A stretch of 52,547 bases of DNA, from positions 1-52,547 of the forward strand of contig CAZTWC010000004.1 of NCBI GenBank assembly GCA_964617105.1, read 5' to 3'. The stretch is from an uncultured Myxococcia bacterium. Lineage in GTDB: Bacteria > CAZTWC01. The notes beneath the pieces were generated by a model. That model worked only from the letters and a program-made list of their open reading frames with translations, searched no databases and was not told the DNA's origin. The translations under genes and the position numbers were made by a program. Below are positions 17,978 through 28,000 of this stretch, piece after piece. The number at the start of each line of letters is the position of its first letter. Within the stretch, counting starts at the first letter, position 1.

Positions 17978-20900
17978 TTAGTTACTACAGTACCCCTTAT
18001 TTGACATCTCAATCTCAATCAACGTCGCCTGTCCATCAGCGGGGTCGCGGGGGGTAATCTTAAATCCCACCGGTCCCGAGGCTTCTGGCATATCTTTGCA
18101 AGAATCCCAAACCAGGGTGTGAACCTGTCCGGGCTGAGTTTTTATTGAGGTCAAATGCCATTTTAAAACCTGGGACTGGTCAGTTATGGGTTGGTTATCT
18201 ATCTTAACAATTGTAGCAAAGGGCAGCATGCCTGAACCTGCCGCCCAGGGGCCCTGGGGATTGTATTGAGGCGCAATTGTAATTTTGTCGCTCTCTTCCG
18301 GATCTGTCAGATAAAAAGTTATTTCCACCTCCCCTTTCTGAAATCCCGAAGGAGTATCGATCTCCACCAGGGATGGCAAAGAGGTGTTGTCAATAGTCAA
18401 GGAGGTTTTTAGAGCAGGTTCTCCCTGCTCTCCGTCATAACCAAAAATACGAAAGATTACCCCTTCATATTTATAAGGTCCCAAATCGGCCATAGAATTC
18501 CAAAGAAAAACATGATCTGTGCCCTGGCTGGTGGTGGCTATCCCCTTTATCGGATTGGTTCCCTGAACCGGCGTGCAATCGATATACTCAATACCGTCAG
18601 AGGTAAAATCCAATCGCAGGTCAGATAGATCTCCCTCCTGATCAAGGAGGTTGAATTCGATTTTATATTCACCGGCTTCAACCCTTTCTATTTTGGAAAT
18701 AACTGCCTCCGGTGGATGGTTGGTATTTTTGACCAGCACTTTGATCTGCACCGGATCCCCGGTGATATGCTGATTATAAGGGGTAAATTGCAAAAATGCC
18801 ACTTGCTCCTCAAAGCCTATATCCAGGTCACTCTGCCAAATAAAGGTATACGATTTGCCTGAGGCATTGTCAGTAGTAAGGTTAGATATAGGGTCAGAAC
18901 CTTCTCCCAGGGCAGCTGGTTTAAAACCCTGGTCATTAACTGAATATTCCACTTTCAGGTTAGCCGTTTCTCCATTGGAATCAAAAAGGTTATAGGTAAA
19001 TTTGATTTGGCGCCGGTCAAAACCGGACAAATGCTGAAGATCCAAAACCTTTGGCGGTTTCAGAGTTCGGTTGTCGACTTCAAACTCAGCACTCTCCAAA
19101 AGATCGCCAATTTCCGTATCCCGGGGAGTAATTCTCACTTTAATATTCTCCCTCAGGTTGGGACAATCTTGTTTTGAATCCCAGATAAATTGATGCTCTG
19201 CCTCGGCAGTGTTGTTGCCATTGAGACAAGAGGATATATTTTTCATGGATGAGGAAAGAGCAGCCGGTGTGGCCAGGCTATATTGGTGGTCTGTAGCTGT
19301 CGCCAATTTTTGCTCTACTGTTATTGAAACCGGATCGCAGTCCAGGTCCAGAGTTTTGAAATTAATTTTGATATTTCCCTCTTTATCGGTGGGAGGAGTA
19401 ATCGATTTTATTTTCGGCAAATTGTTGCTGCCGCTGTTGTTTACCTTGAATTCCCCGCTTTCCAGAGGAGTGCCGCCCTGGCTGTGAGCAAAGTCATAGG
19501 GGGTTAGTTTAATTTTTATCCCTTCTGCCCGACCGGTTATATCCGCAGCAGAATCCCACTTGATTATAGTTTCCTTGCCATGGAGAGAACCCGAGGGAAG
19601 CCCCTGGAGAATTGTGCCACCGTCAACCAGAGAAGCATCTTGAAAAGTGTTATTAAAATAGTATTCCACCTTTAGATCCACCGAATCATTCTCCTGGTCT
19701 TTAACCAGGATTCCCAAGGCTGTCTGGCCGCTTACAATTCCGCCTGCCAATTTTTCCACCAACTCCACCTGAGGTGGGTGGTTGGGCCGGTTATCCAGAG
19801 TAAATTCACCGGTCTGATCCGGATTATTAAACTGAGAAGAGGTTGGGGTAATCTTAAATACCATCTTTTGGCTGAAGGTTGCCGGCAAATCGATGCCACT
19901 GTTCCAATTGTATTTGTACAACTTGCCGCCTTGTTCCATCTTTAATCCCGAATTCCCATCACCGCCGCTGCCCATGGTGGCGGGCTGAAAACTATTTCCA
20001 TCTACCGAATAATGGGCATTGATGTCGCAAAAAGCGTTATCTTCCCCCTTTATCTGGTACTCAAAAATAACCAGTCCCCTGGTTTTTCCCACCGGGGTAA
20101 ACATAGTTATATCAATAGGAGTCGTCACCGGGTTAAACACCTCAAAAGGCGCACTTTGCCCAGAGATGCCGGCAGAGAGGCTGTCTTTTGGAGTTATCCT
20201 GATAATCACTGTATTTTGAGCGCCCAGGCTATCGGCCACCGAATCCCAGAGAAATATCTTTTCTATTCCCGCTGCAGTAGCATTGATGCCAGAGGACAAA
20301 AAGTCGTTGACAGCGCTGCTAACCGGAGTGGCTCGATTAAAGGTGTTGCCAGAATCCAGGGAGTAATCGATATTAACCAAAACCAGATCTCCCCCTACCA
20401 GGGAATCTTTTACCGTAAATTTTATCTCCACCTCCCCATTTTTAACCGGGGCTACGCTTACAGGAGCCACATTTTCCACCACCGGCGGATGGAGTCCAAC
20501 ATTTTCCACCTGAAAACAATCGCTGGCAACTGGATCACCCTGATCCTGATCAGCAGGAGTAAACAGCATCCTTATGGTCCAGGGTCCACCGGCTTGCAGA
20601 TCCTTATAACTGTCCCAATCAAAAGTATAGTCAACTCCATCTGGTTTGGGCAGAGTGCTCATCTGCAGGGGAGATTCACTTCCCGGAGCCGGGCTGGCGT
20701 CATGGCAGCCGGCCTGGCAATCGAGCGATGATGAGCAAAGATTGTTGTCATTTATTATTTTATATTGGGTCTTTATGCTTATAGTATTAGCCTCTCCGTC
20801 CGCCACTTTCATGGTAATGGGGATAGTGCCTTTTTGAGTTCCAATAGGACTCTGCAAAGCAAATATTTCTGGCTTGGTATTTTGGGCTACATTGTTTACC

Positions 20901-23900
20901 AGGTGCTGGACCACTGCAGCCGCTCCCTGGCTAAGGTTATTGTCCGATGCCATGGGCGTCAGCCTTATACAAACATTGGCCACCGTATCTTTAGCCAGAT
21001 CGTAACCTGAATCCCATACTAAAAAATAATCTTTTCCGGCTGCCGGGGCATCCAGTCCAACCAGCAGACTACCACCCGGAGCCCCGGTCATGTTGAACCA
21101 GGAGAGAGTGGTTGATTGACAATCTGAACTCAGGGTCCACTGGGTTTTTAGATCGACCCGATCTCCCTCGGGATCAGAGATCTTGTAACTGATGGTGGTA
21201 AAACGGCTATTGCCGGTAACCTCCAAAATCTCCAGTTGAGGCGTTCCATTTTCCCGGTTGTCTATATCCACGGTAAAGAGAACCGGTGTCCCTTTACCCC
21301 TTTTATCCTCGGCCGTAAAGCGGAGCACTACCCCCTTTTTCTCAGTTTTACCAAACAATTTTTCCGTATCCATTACATATAGATATTTGCCGCCATTGCT
21401 AGGGGGCAAACCTGTCATACGGTGAAATTCCACAAATTGACCCTCGCTGCCGTCCAGGCTGTATTCAAAGAGCGCTGTCAAGTTGTCCCCATCTCCATCG
21501 GATAGAGAAAACTTTATCTCCACTTTTCCCCGGAGAGGGCTGGTGACTTGATCCACCTCGATTATTGGCACCTGATTGGGAGAAACCTGCAGGATGGTAG
21601 ATTTTTCAGCAACTATTCCCTCCTCCACATCAAAAGGGGTCAGTTTTAGAGTTACCTGTCCGCTACCCGGAGGTAAATATCTTCCCGCATCCCATAGAAA
21701 GGTGTGGTAAATGGACGCCTGTCCCGCTTTGCTGGACTGTAAATCGGATATAACCGTATCCTTGGCAGGCAAGGCATAGCTGAACTCTATGGTTGGACCG
21801 CCGGGCAACAGGTATTCCAACTTTACACAACATTTTTGCTCCTCCTGGTCCTCCAAATAATACTTGATTTCAGCCAGTCCCTGCTGATTTATTGTTACAC
21901 TGTCTATAAAGGCAGTTACCTTGGTATTGGGCCGGTTATCCACCGTTAAAGAGATCTCCCTGGTACTACCTGAGGCCAGGTGATCCTGAGGAGAAAACTT
22001 TAATTGCACCTCCTGGGCCGAATTCTGGCTGTCAGCCAGGTCAAGCAGGGTATCCCAAACCACCAGGTGCTTGAGTCCCTGAGGTGTGGCACTCAGGTTG
22101 GATATATCATCGGAAGTGTTGGCAGGAGTGATATCCAGCCAATTTTGTTTATCCAGGCTATACTTAACGCTCAATGATACCTGATTTGACTCCTGGTCAA
22201 AAATAGTCACTGGTATCTCCACTTGACCAGCCAATGAAGAACAGGGTAAATCATCCAACTTTACCTGGGGCGGTAAATTGTCCCGGGTATCTATGAAAAA
22301 CACCTGACTCTGGTTTTTTACATCCAGAGGAGGTTTGGTAAGCATTATTTCGATACTGACCTCTTCCTGGGCGGCCGGAAGGTCCTTTTTCGCATCCCAT
22401 AAGAAGGTGTAACTGATGCCCTGGGGAGAGGTTGCCAAGTCGGTTTTCACCCCACTTCCCGCCGCTGCAGTGCATACTCCCCGGTGCCCGCTGTTTTTAC
22501 GTATATAGTATATTTCCAGGTCCGATTTGGTAGAGTAGGGATTAAACAGGGTATATTTTATCTCCACATTTTTATCAGCCAATTGTTGAACCTGTTGGAT
22601 ACTAATTGAGGGCGGCTGGTTAAACTGGCTCATATCCACGCTAAAAGTATCGCTTTCTGCTGCCGCTCCAGTTTGGCTATCTTTAGGAGTTATTCGAAAA
22701 CGGAGGTTGTTGTATATACCACCGCCCAGGTCGTTGAAAATATTCCAGGAAAAAGTGTTGTCAGTACCGGAAGGGGTGCTGAATAAATTGGTTGTGGCGG
22801 TTACACCGTAAACAGGATGGGTACCTCCGGTGGCGGGTTTGAAAACCAGATTTTGGTTGTGGTCAACCGTGCCATCGCTATATTGGCCCTCCATGCTCAA
22901 GGGATCTGACTCCCGATCGTATAAACGGTAATGAATCACTTTGATTCCATCGCTGTTCACTTTTTCATGGGACAGGATAATCGCTATAGGGAGCGAATTT
23001 TGCTCGCTGTTATCAACCACAAAAGGACCTGCTTCCTGACTGACTTTGTCCGAGGAATCAGAAACAGTTATCTTAAACCTAACAGTTTCCTCCCGTTTTT
23101 TGCCCAAATCGGTCAAAGAATCCCATTTAAAGGTATAAATCTTTCCAGTGGCAGCGGCAGCCAACAGAGAGGCCGCGCTTCCTTGGGCTGGAGTGGAATC
23201 ATTATACAAAACCCCGTCAGTGGAGTATTTATAGGTCATGGTCAGAGTTTCCTGGTCCCTATCTTGCAACACAAAAGGAATATCTACAGTATTGCTAAAA
23301 ATACCCTCCATCTGTTGGCTTATGTTTATAGAGGGCGGAGTATTGATAGGAGTGTTGTCAACCGCAAAAGCACTGGTTAAAGCGGCTGAACCAGCAGCCG
23401 CGTCTTGAGCCCAGCACTTAACAATAACAGTGGCGTTCTTGGTGATATCTTTACTGGAATCCCACTTTACCTGGTGTTTTATGCCGGTTTTTGAGGTGGC
23501 CAAATTTTGGTTAACACTATCAGAGGTAAGGGTCAAGTTTTGAAAAGTCTTTCCATTGTCGATTGAGTATTGGAAAAAAAGTTTTACTGGATCAGATTCA
23601 TAGTCTGACACTATAGTTTCTAACTCGATAATATCCCGCCTTGCTCCTACTCCTTGTGGAGTTGAAATCGTTATCAGCGGGGGCTTATTTTTAGCGTTAT
23701 CCAGAACAAAAATGGTGGAATAACCGGCTATCCCTTTGGCTGAATCATAGGGAATAATCCTCAAACTAGCCTCCTGAACCAGAATATCTCCCGTGTCAAC
23801 ATGGCTATCCCAAACCACCTGGTACAAAGTACCGGCCGGAGAGGACTGCAGGCCGCTAACCTGGTCCTTACCAATTACCAGGGTGGCTTTTTTATAGTCT

Positions 23901-25066
23901 TTTAACAGGTAAAGGGAATACTCCACCTCTATATTTACCGGATCACTCTCTAAGTCCTGCAATTTAAAGGTGATGGGCACCTGGCCAGTCAATTCACCCC
24001 GGGGCACCTTGACCTCCACCACTTTTGGAGGAGTTTTCAGGGGCTTGTTTTTAACTTGAAAAAAACCGCTCTCCACCTCTTTGCCCTGGTGGGTGTCTTT
24101 CGGAGTAATACTCAGCCGCACTTTATCGGCATCTATTTTAATATCAGCCATCGAGTCCCATTTAAAGGTGTTGTTTTTGAAGGTAGGTGCAGTGCTGATA
24201 TTTTCAGTTACGCTGTCCTGAGTAAGAGTGGCTGGATAGAAAATACCATTTTCTCCTACGGCAAATTTTACCAGAATCCTGGCCTGGTCCCCCTGGTCAT
24301 CCTTGATCCGGTAAGTTATCTTCACTGTGTCTTTTACCGTCTGCTGGGGAGTATCCAACTCCACGGTGGGCGGTGAAATTTTAGAGTTCTCTAACTGAAA
24401 TTCTCCACTCTCTTTCTCCGGACCGGCAATGTTTGGATCAGCAAAATCAAACGGTTTGAATTTCATCTTCACTTTGCCCTCAAAATTACCCAGGTCGTGA
24501 AAAGAATTCCATTTAAATATAAACTGCTGCCCCTGGGGAGAAGTCGATATGGGCTGAGACATATTTTCCAGGGGTCGGGCCGTTTTATAAGTTTTACCGT
24601 TGTCAATGCTGAAATAGGGCTCCAACCGAGCATAATCAAACTCCAAATCCAGCAGTTTCATGCTTATGGATATATCTCCTTTTTGCGCCCCGGTTGGAGT
24701 TATTAAGTCTATGATTTGCGGGGGAGTGTTTACTTTGGGGCCATCGGTTTTATCCTCCAGGCCTCCATCGTCCTCAGTTCCGGCAATCTCTTCGCCAGCA
24801 TCGGGGTCATCTGGATCACTTACCTCATCGTATCCACCGTCCACTTCTGCATCTATGATTTCTTCCCCGTTATCAGGAACTTCGATATCAGAAAAAATGA
24901 TACATTTGCCGCTAATACATCTCTTCCCTTCCAAACAGTCGGAAGAGATCTGGCACTCATACTCAATTTTTTTCTTCTTATCATCATCACCGCAACCCAT
25001 GGCAAAAAGCATAAGAACAAAGAGTAAACCGGTTGTAACTAAAAATGGAAACTTATTCCTAATCAT
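17978..25066 (-). CDS. giant surface lipoprotein (2362 aa), 19 tandem Ig-like repeats
   Basis: Lipobox FAMGC, C-x5-C-x5-C-x4-C motif, acidic DGG linker, then 19 repeats of ~115-125 aa (N.PP.....P.G....I.....D.E.D......YS.D......S.P.G....F.WDS..D......I.P.D...G....F.VDN), counted by eye. Confidence 0.9.
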   Translation of the reverse strand: MIRNKFPFLVTTGLLFVLMLFAMGCGDDDKKKKIEYECQISSDCLEGKRCISGKCIIFSDIEVPDNGEEIIDAEVDGGYDEVSDPDDPDAGEEIAGTEDDGGLEDKTDGPKVNTPPQIIDLITPTGAQKGDISISMKLLDLEFDYARLEPYFSIDNGKTYKTARPLENMSQPISTSPQGQQFIFKWNSFHDLGNFEGKVKMKFKPFDFADPNIAGPEKESGEFQLENSKISPPTVELDTPQQTVKDTVKITYRIKDDQGDQARILVKFAVGENGIFYPATLTQDSVTENISTAPTFKNNTFKWDSMADIKIDADKVRLSITPKDTHQGKEVESGFFQVKNKPLKTPPKVVEVKVPRGELTGQVPITFKLQDLESDPVNIEVEYSLYLLKDYKKATLVIGKDQVSGLQSSPAGTLYQVVWDSHVDTGDILVQEASLRIIPYDSAKGIAGYSTIFVLDNAKNKPPLITISTPQGVGARRDIIELETIVSDYESDPVKLFFQYSIDNGKTFQNLTLTSDSVNQNLATSKTGIKHQVKWDSSKDITKNATVIVKCWAQDAAAGSAALTSAFAVDNTPINTPPSINISQQMEGIFSNTVDIPFVLQDRDQETLTMTYKYSTDGVLYNDSTPAQGSAASLLAAAATGKIYTFKWDSLTDLGKKREETVRFKITVSDSSDKVSQEAGPFVVDNSEQNSLPIAIILSHEKVNSDGIKVIHYRLYDRESDPLSMEGQYSDGTVDHNQNLVFKPATGGTHPVYGVTATTNLFSTPSGTDNTFSWNIFNDLGGGIYNNLRFRITPKDSQTGAAAESDTFSVDMSQFNQPPSISIQQVQQLADKNVEIKYTLFNPYSTKSDLEIYYIRKNSGHRGVCTAAAGSGVKTDLATSPQGISYTFLWDAKKDLPAAQEEVSIEIMLTKPPLDVKNQSQVFFIDTRDNLPPQVKLDDLPCSSLAGQVEIPVTIFDQESNQVSLSVKYSLDKQNWLDITPANTSDDISNLSATPQGLKHLVVWDTLLDLADSQNSAQEVQLKFSPQDHLASGSTREISLTVDNRPNTKVTAFIDSVTINQQGLAEIKYYLEDQEEQKCCVKLEYLLPGGPTIEFSYALPAKDTVISDLQSSKAGQASIYHTFLWDAGRYLPPGSGQVTLKLTPFDVEEGIVAEKSTILQVSPNQVPIIEVDQVTSPLRGKVEIKFSLSDGDGDNLTALFEYSLDGSEGQFVEFHRMTGLPPSNGGKYLYVMDTEKLFGKTEKKGVVLRFTAEDKRGKGTPVLFTVDIDNRENGTPQLEILEVTGNSRFTTISYKISDPEGDRVDLKTQWTLSSDCQSTTLSWFNMTGAPGGSLLVGLDAPAAGKDYFLVWDSGYDLAKDTVANVCIRLTPMASDNNLSQGAAAVVQHLVNNVAQNTKPEIFALQSPIGTQKGTIPITMKVADGEANTISIKTQYKIINDNNLCSSSLDCQAGCHDASPAPGSESPLQMSTLPKPDGVDYTFDWDSYKDLQAGGPWTIRMLFTPADQDQGDPVASDCFQVENVGLHPPVVENVAPVSVAPVKNGEVEIKFTVKDSLVGGDLVLVNIDYSLDSGNTFNRATPVSSAVNDFLSSGINATAAGIEKIFLWDSVADSLGAQNTVIIRITPKDSLSAGISGQSAPFEVFNPVTTPIDITMFTPVGKTRGLVIFEYQIKGEDNAFCDINAHYSVDGNSFQPATMGSGGDGNSGLKMEQGGKLYKYNWNSGIDLPATFSQKMVFKITPTSSQFNNPDQTGEFTLDNRPNHPPQVELVEKLAGGIVSGQTALGILVKDQENDSVDLKVEYYFNNTFQDASLVDGGTILQGLPSGSLHGKETIIKWDSAADITGRAEGIKIKLTPYDFAHSQGGTPLESGEFKVNNSGSNNLPKIKSITPPTDKEGNIKINFKTLDLDCDPVSITVEQKLATATDHQYSLATPAALSSSMKNISSCLNGNNTAEAEHQFIWDSKQDCPNLRENIKVRITPRDTEIGDLLESAEFEVDNRTLKPPKVLDLQHLSGFDRRQIKFTYNLFDSNGETANLKVEYSVNDQGFKPAALGEGSDPISNLTTDNASGKSYTFIWQSDLDIGFEEQVAFLQFTPYNQHITGDPVQIKVLVKNTNHPPEAVISKIERVEAGEYKIEFNLLDQEGDLSDLRLDFTSDGIEYIDCTPVQGTNPIKGIATTSQGTDHVFLWNSMADLGPYKYEGVIFRIFGYDGEQGEPALKTSLTIDNTSLPSLVEIDTPSGFQKGEVEITFYLTDPEESDKITIAPQYNPQGPWAAGSGMLPFATIVKIDNQPITDQSQVLKWHLTSIKTQPGQVHTLVWDSCKDMPEASGPVGFKITPRDPADGQATLIEIEMSNKGYCSN

Positions 25067-28000
25067 TTAAAACCTCAAAATCATAAATTATAACCACATT
25101 GTTTCTAACAAAATCGGGATCATTCAGACTAGTTATCAATTTGTCCAGGTGACGGGCCAGGTCCGGATTATATTTTGTCAACGAGTCTTTTTGAACATTG
25201 GTACCTGTGCTTAGAGCATAACTTTTTTCTACCGGCAATCCCTTAACTATTTCAAGATTGTCGTTAAGAGCCACTATGTATCGGCGGCCAAAACGCCAAC
25301 CATCCCGAGGACGAAAGAGCAGATAGTGCTGGGGTACAAATCCGGTATTCCCATCACCAATTGAGATCGCCTGCAGTAAGGGAACCGCCACCACCAGATA
25401 ATTGACTGGCCTGGCCACCACCGTGCCCTGAGCGGTTACTTCTGCCAGCAGGCATGACTTACCAGGGCCATTTACTCTCAACGAACCTTCATCGATTTGA
25501 CCGGTAAAGGGGATAGCGGTAAATTTTTCCATGGCCGCATTACGGTTCTCCTCTTCTGCTTCCACACTACTTAATAATACTCCAGATATTGTCAACAAAC
25601 GTTGCACCAGGAGAGTTGACAAGTAATAAGAGCCCTTTTGCTGACCAATCTCTTCACTGTATTTTTGATCGATATTCAACGGCCATACAAAGGGATAGGG
25701 TAAAATCCTCTCTTTTATACTGAATAGCGGCCGGCTGGCTACCACCTCTACCGCTGTTTGCCCGGTCATCACGATGCTACCATTGACCATAGCCTGAAAA
25801 CCGGCCTCAAAGAAAGAGGGCACTAAAGGCGCCCTGGCCAATATCCGCCGGCTTTCTCCCGGCCGGGAGATATCCAATTTCCAGTTGTAAGTGGCGCCCT
25901 TCACCAGCGGAGCCTGCAAAATATACTCCTGTCCGGCGCCCACCAAAATCCTGTTGCCCTGTGACACCGCTTTTTGTGGAGAAAAACTGCTTATATACTC
26001 CAAAGGAGCAGCCAAAGGATAACCCTGCACCTGGGCTGATAAAGAGTTATCTCCAGGGCAGACTCCGGTCTCAGCCAAACAGGCCTTCTCTTGGCTGGCG
26101 CCACTGCCATTAAATTCACCTGAAAAAACCGCCCCGGTTTGATCTTCAGAGATTTTATCATCCATCTCTATATTACTGGCTATTTCCGCAGTCAATGCCT
26201 TCTTGCACATAGTACGGTCGCTTCCCCTGGACGTGATAGTGACCAGATGATAATCACCGAAAGAATCAGTCTCTTTTTTAACTATTAAAAGATCCGGGTC
26301 TTTAGTTAAAGTACTTAGATCCGCTTCTCCACAGAAATCGACTTTGACCAACCCCTGGCTTACACAGTTGAAAGCCAAATTGTAGGCTCCCTTGATCAAT
26401 TGAAACTCTTTTTGGCCGCGGTAAGTATTTTGAGCCAACTGCCAGGAAAAAGGATGATCCCGGCCATCCACTGTGACCCGGGCAAAACCTTCAAATAAAT
26501 CTACCACTAATTGGTCAAAAACTACGCCGCTGTTATCATAAGAATAGACACCTACCTTACCCTCTTCTATGGAATTCCCGTCCCAAACCTGAAACAGCAG
26601 ATCAGTTTCCGCATAGCCGCGGTCAGCATCATCCCAAAGGAAAGTACGGATGTTCTTTCCATCCACTTCTATCCGAACCAGATGCCATTGGCTGCCTGGC
26701 GAGTAAGTGGTAGAACTTTTTGCCAATATCTCAGGCACGCCATCCTTCACCTTGATCAGCCGGGAACCGGGTGTAGTCACCAATTTACCTTGCTCTGGAG
26801 GACCGGTTTGAATACTCTGGTAGAAGAGGTAGAAATTTTTCTGGTCCTTATACCTGAATACAAATCCGACTGCGCCCTTATCAAGGTTACGATAACGGCC
26901 GGTAAACACATAATTGTGCCAATTGCTGTTACCGCTGACCAGATAGTTGTCCTTAGGAGTATCCTCTCCATAGGGTTTTTCCAGGTCAGCCCCAATGTCT
27001 TTGACGCTAGTCAGGGGAATCACGCCAGAGATATTCTTGGTGCTCCACCCATCCAGGCTGTAACCGTTTTGCCATTTTGAACTGCTGCCGGCAAAATCGG
27101 GCGTGTCGGAGAGATTGAAATCCTCCTGCCAAAAATCGGCGTATAGTTCAGCCTGACAATCTTTAATATTTTCACTGCGAACGGAGTCACTCCACCCTAC
27201 CCCGGTTTTGTTCTGAGCCTGCACACAGAAATAATATTCATCAAAAGGCGTGTCGTCCGCAGGGAGTTTACTCTCCAATATAATTGAAGCGCCGCTGGTT
27301 TCAAGGCCTTCTGCGGTCGGCTGCCAATCTTCCTGACTGATGTTGTCACAGGTGTTGCCGCCACTCTCATTGAACTTCTTGACCACAAAACGAAACTTGT
27401 GAATCGGTGTTCCCTCTTGATCCTTTGCACTGGCCAGGCAAGAAAGTGTATTGGACAGGTTATATTTGTCTGAAACCTGGGCCGATATCTGATCAGGTGG
27501 AGTGAAATCCACCAGAAAAACCGGGCTTGACACTATCGATTCAAGCCCTTTGCCATCTCTGTCCAGAGAATTGTTCACCGCCTTAACCCTGGCCCGGTAG
27601 CGCTTTCCAGATTCCAGGTTTACACTTTCCACCGATGTGACGCTGCGAGCCAAAACTACATCGCGCCAAACCTGTTCACCTAAAGTAACCACCTCGGAAT
27701 CATCCACTCTCTCTATCTGGTAATAGTAATTGGTCACCTGGGAAATATCCTCTAAGAAAGGATCCCAGTTCAGGGAAATCTTGCCGCTTTTACCCGGTGG
27801 CAAAGCTGTATAATTAATATCATCCTGGATGGAGTCGTTAACTTGCACCATCACATTGTTGCCATTTGGCTTAGTAGTATCCACCGTCACTCCAACTCCA
27901 TGATGGAAGTTGCCGGTATTTTCGTTGCCAACATGATCCCGGGCTTTGACCAGCATATAATATCTCTTACCATGTTGGAGAGTGGGTGAAGTAATAGCCG

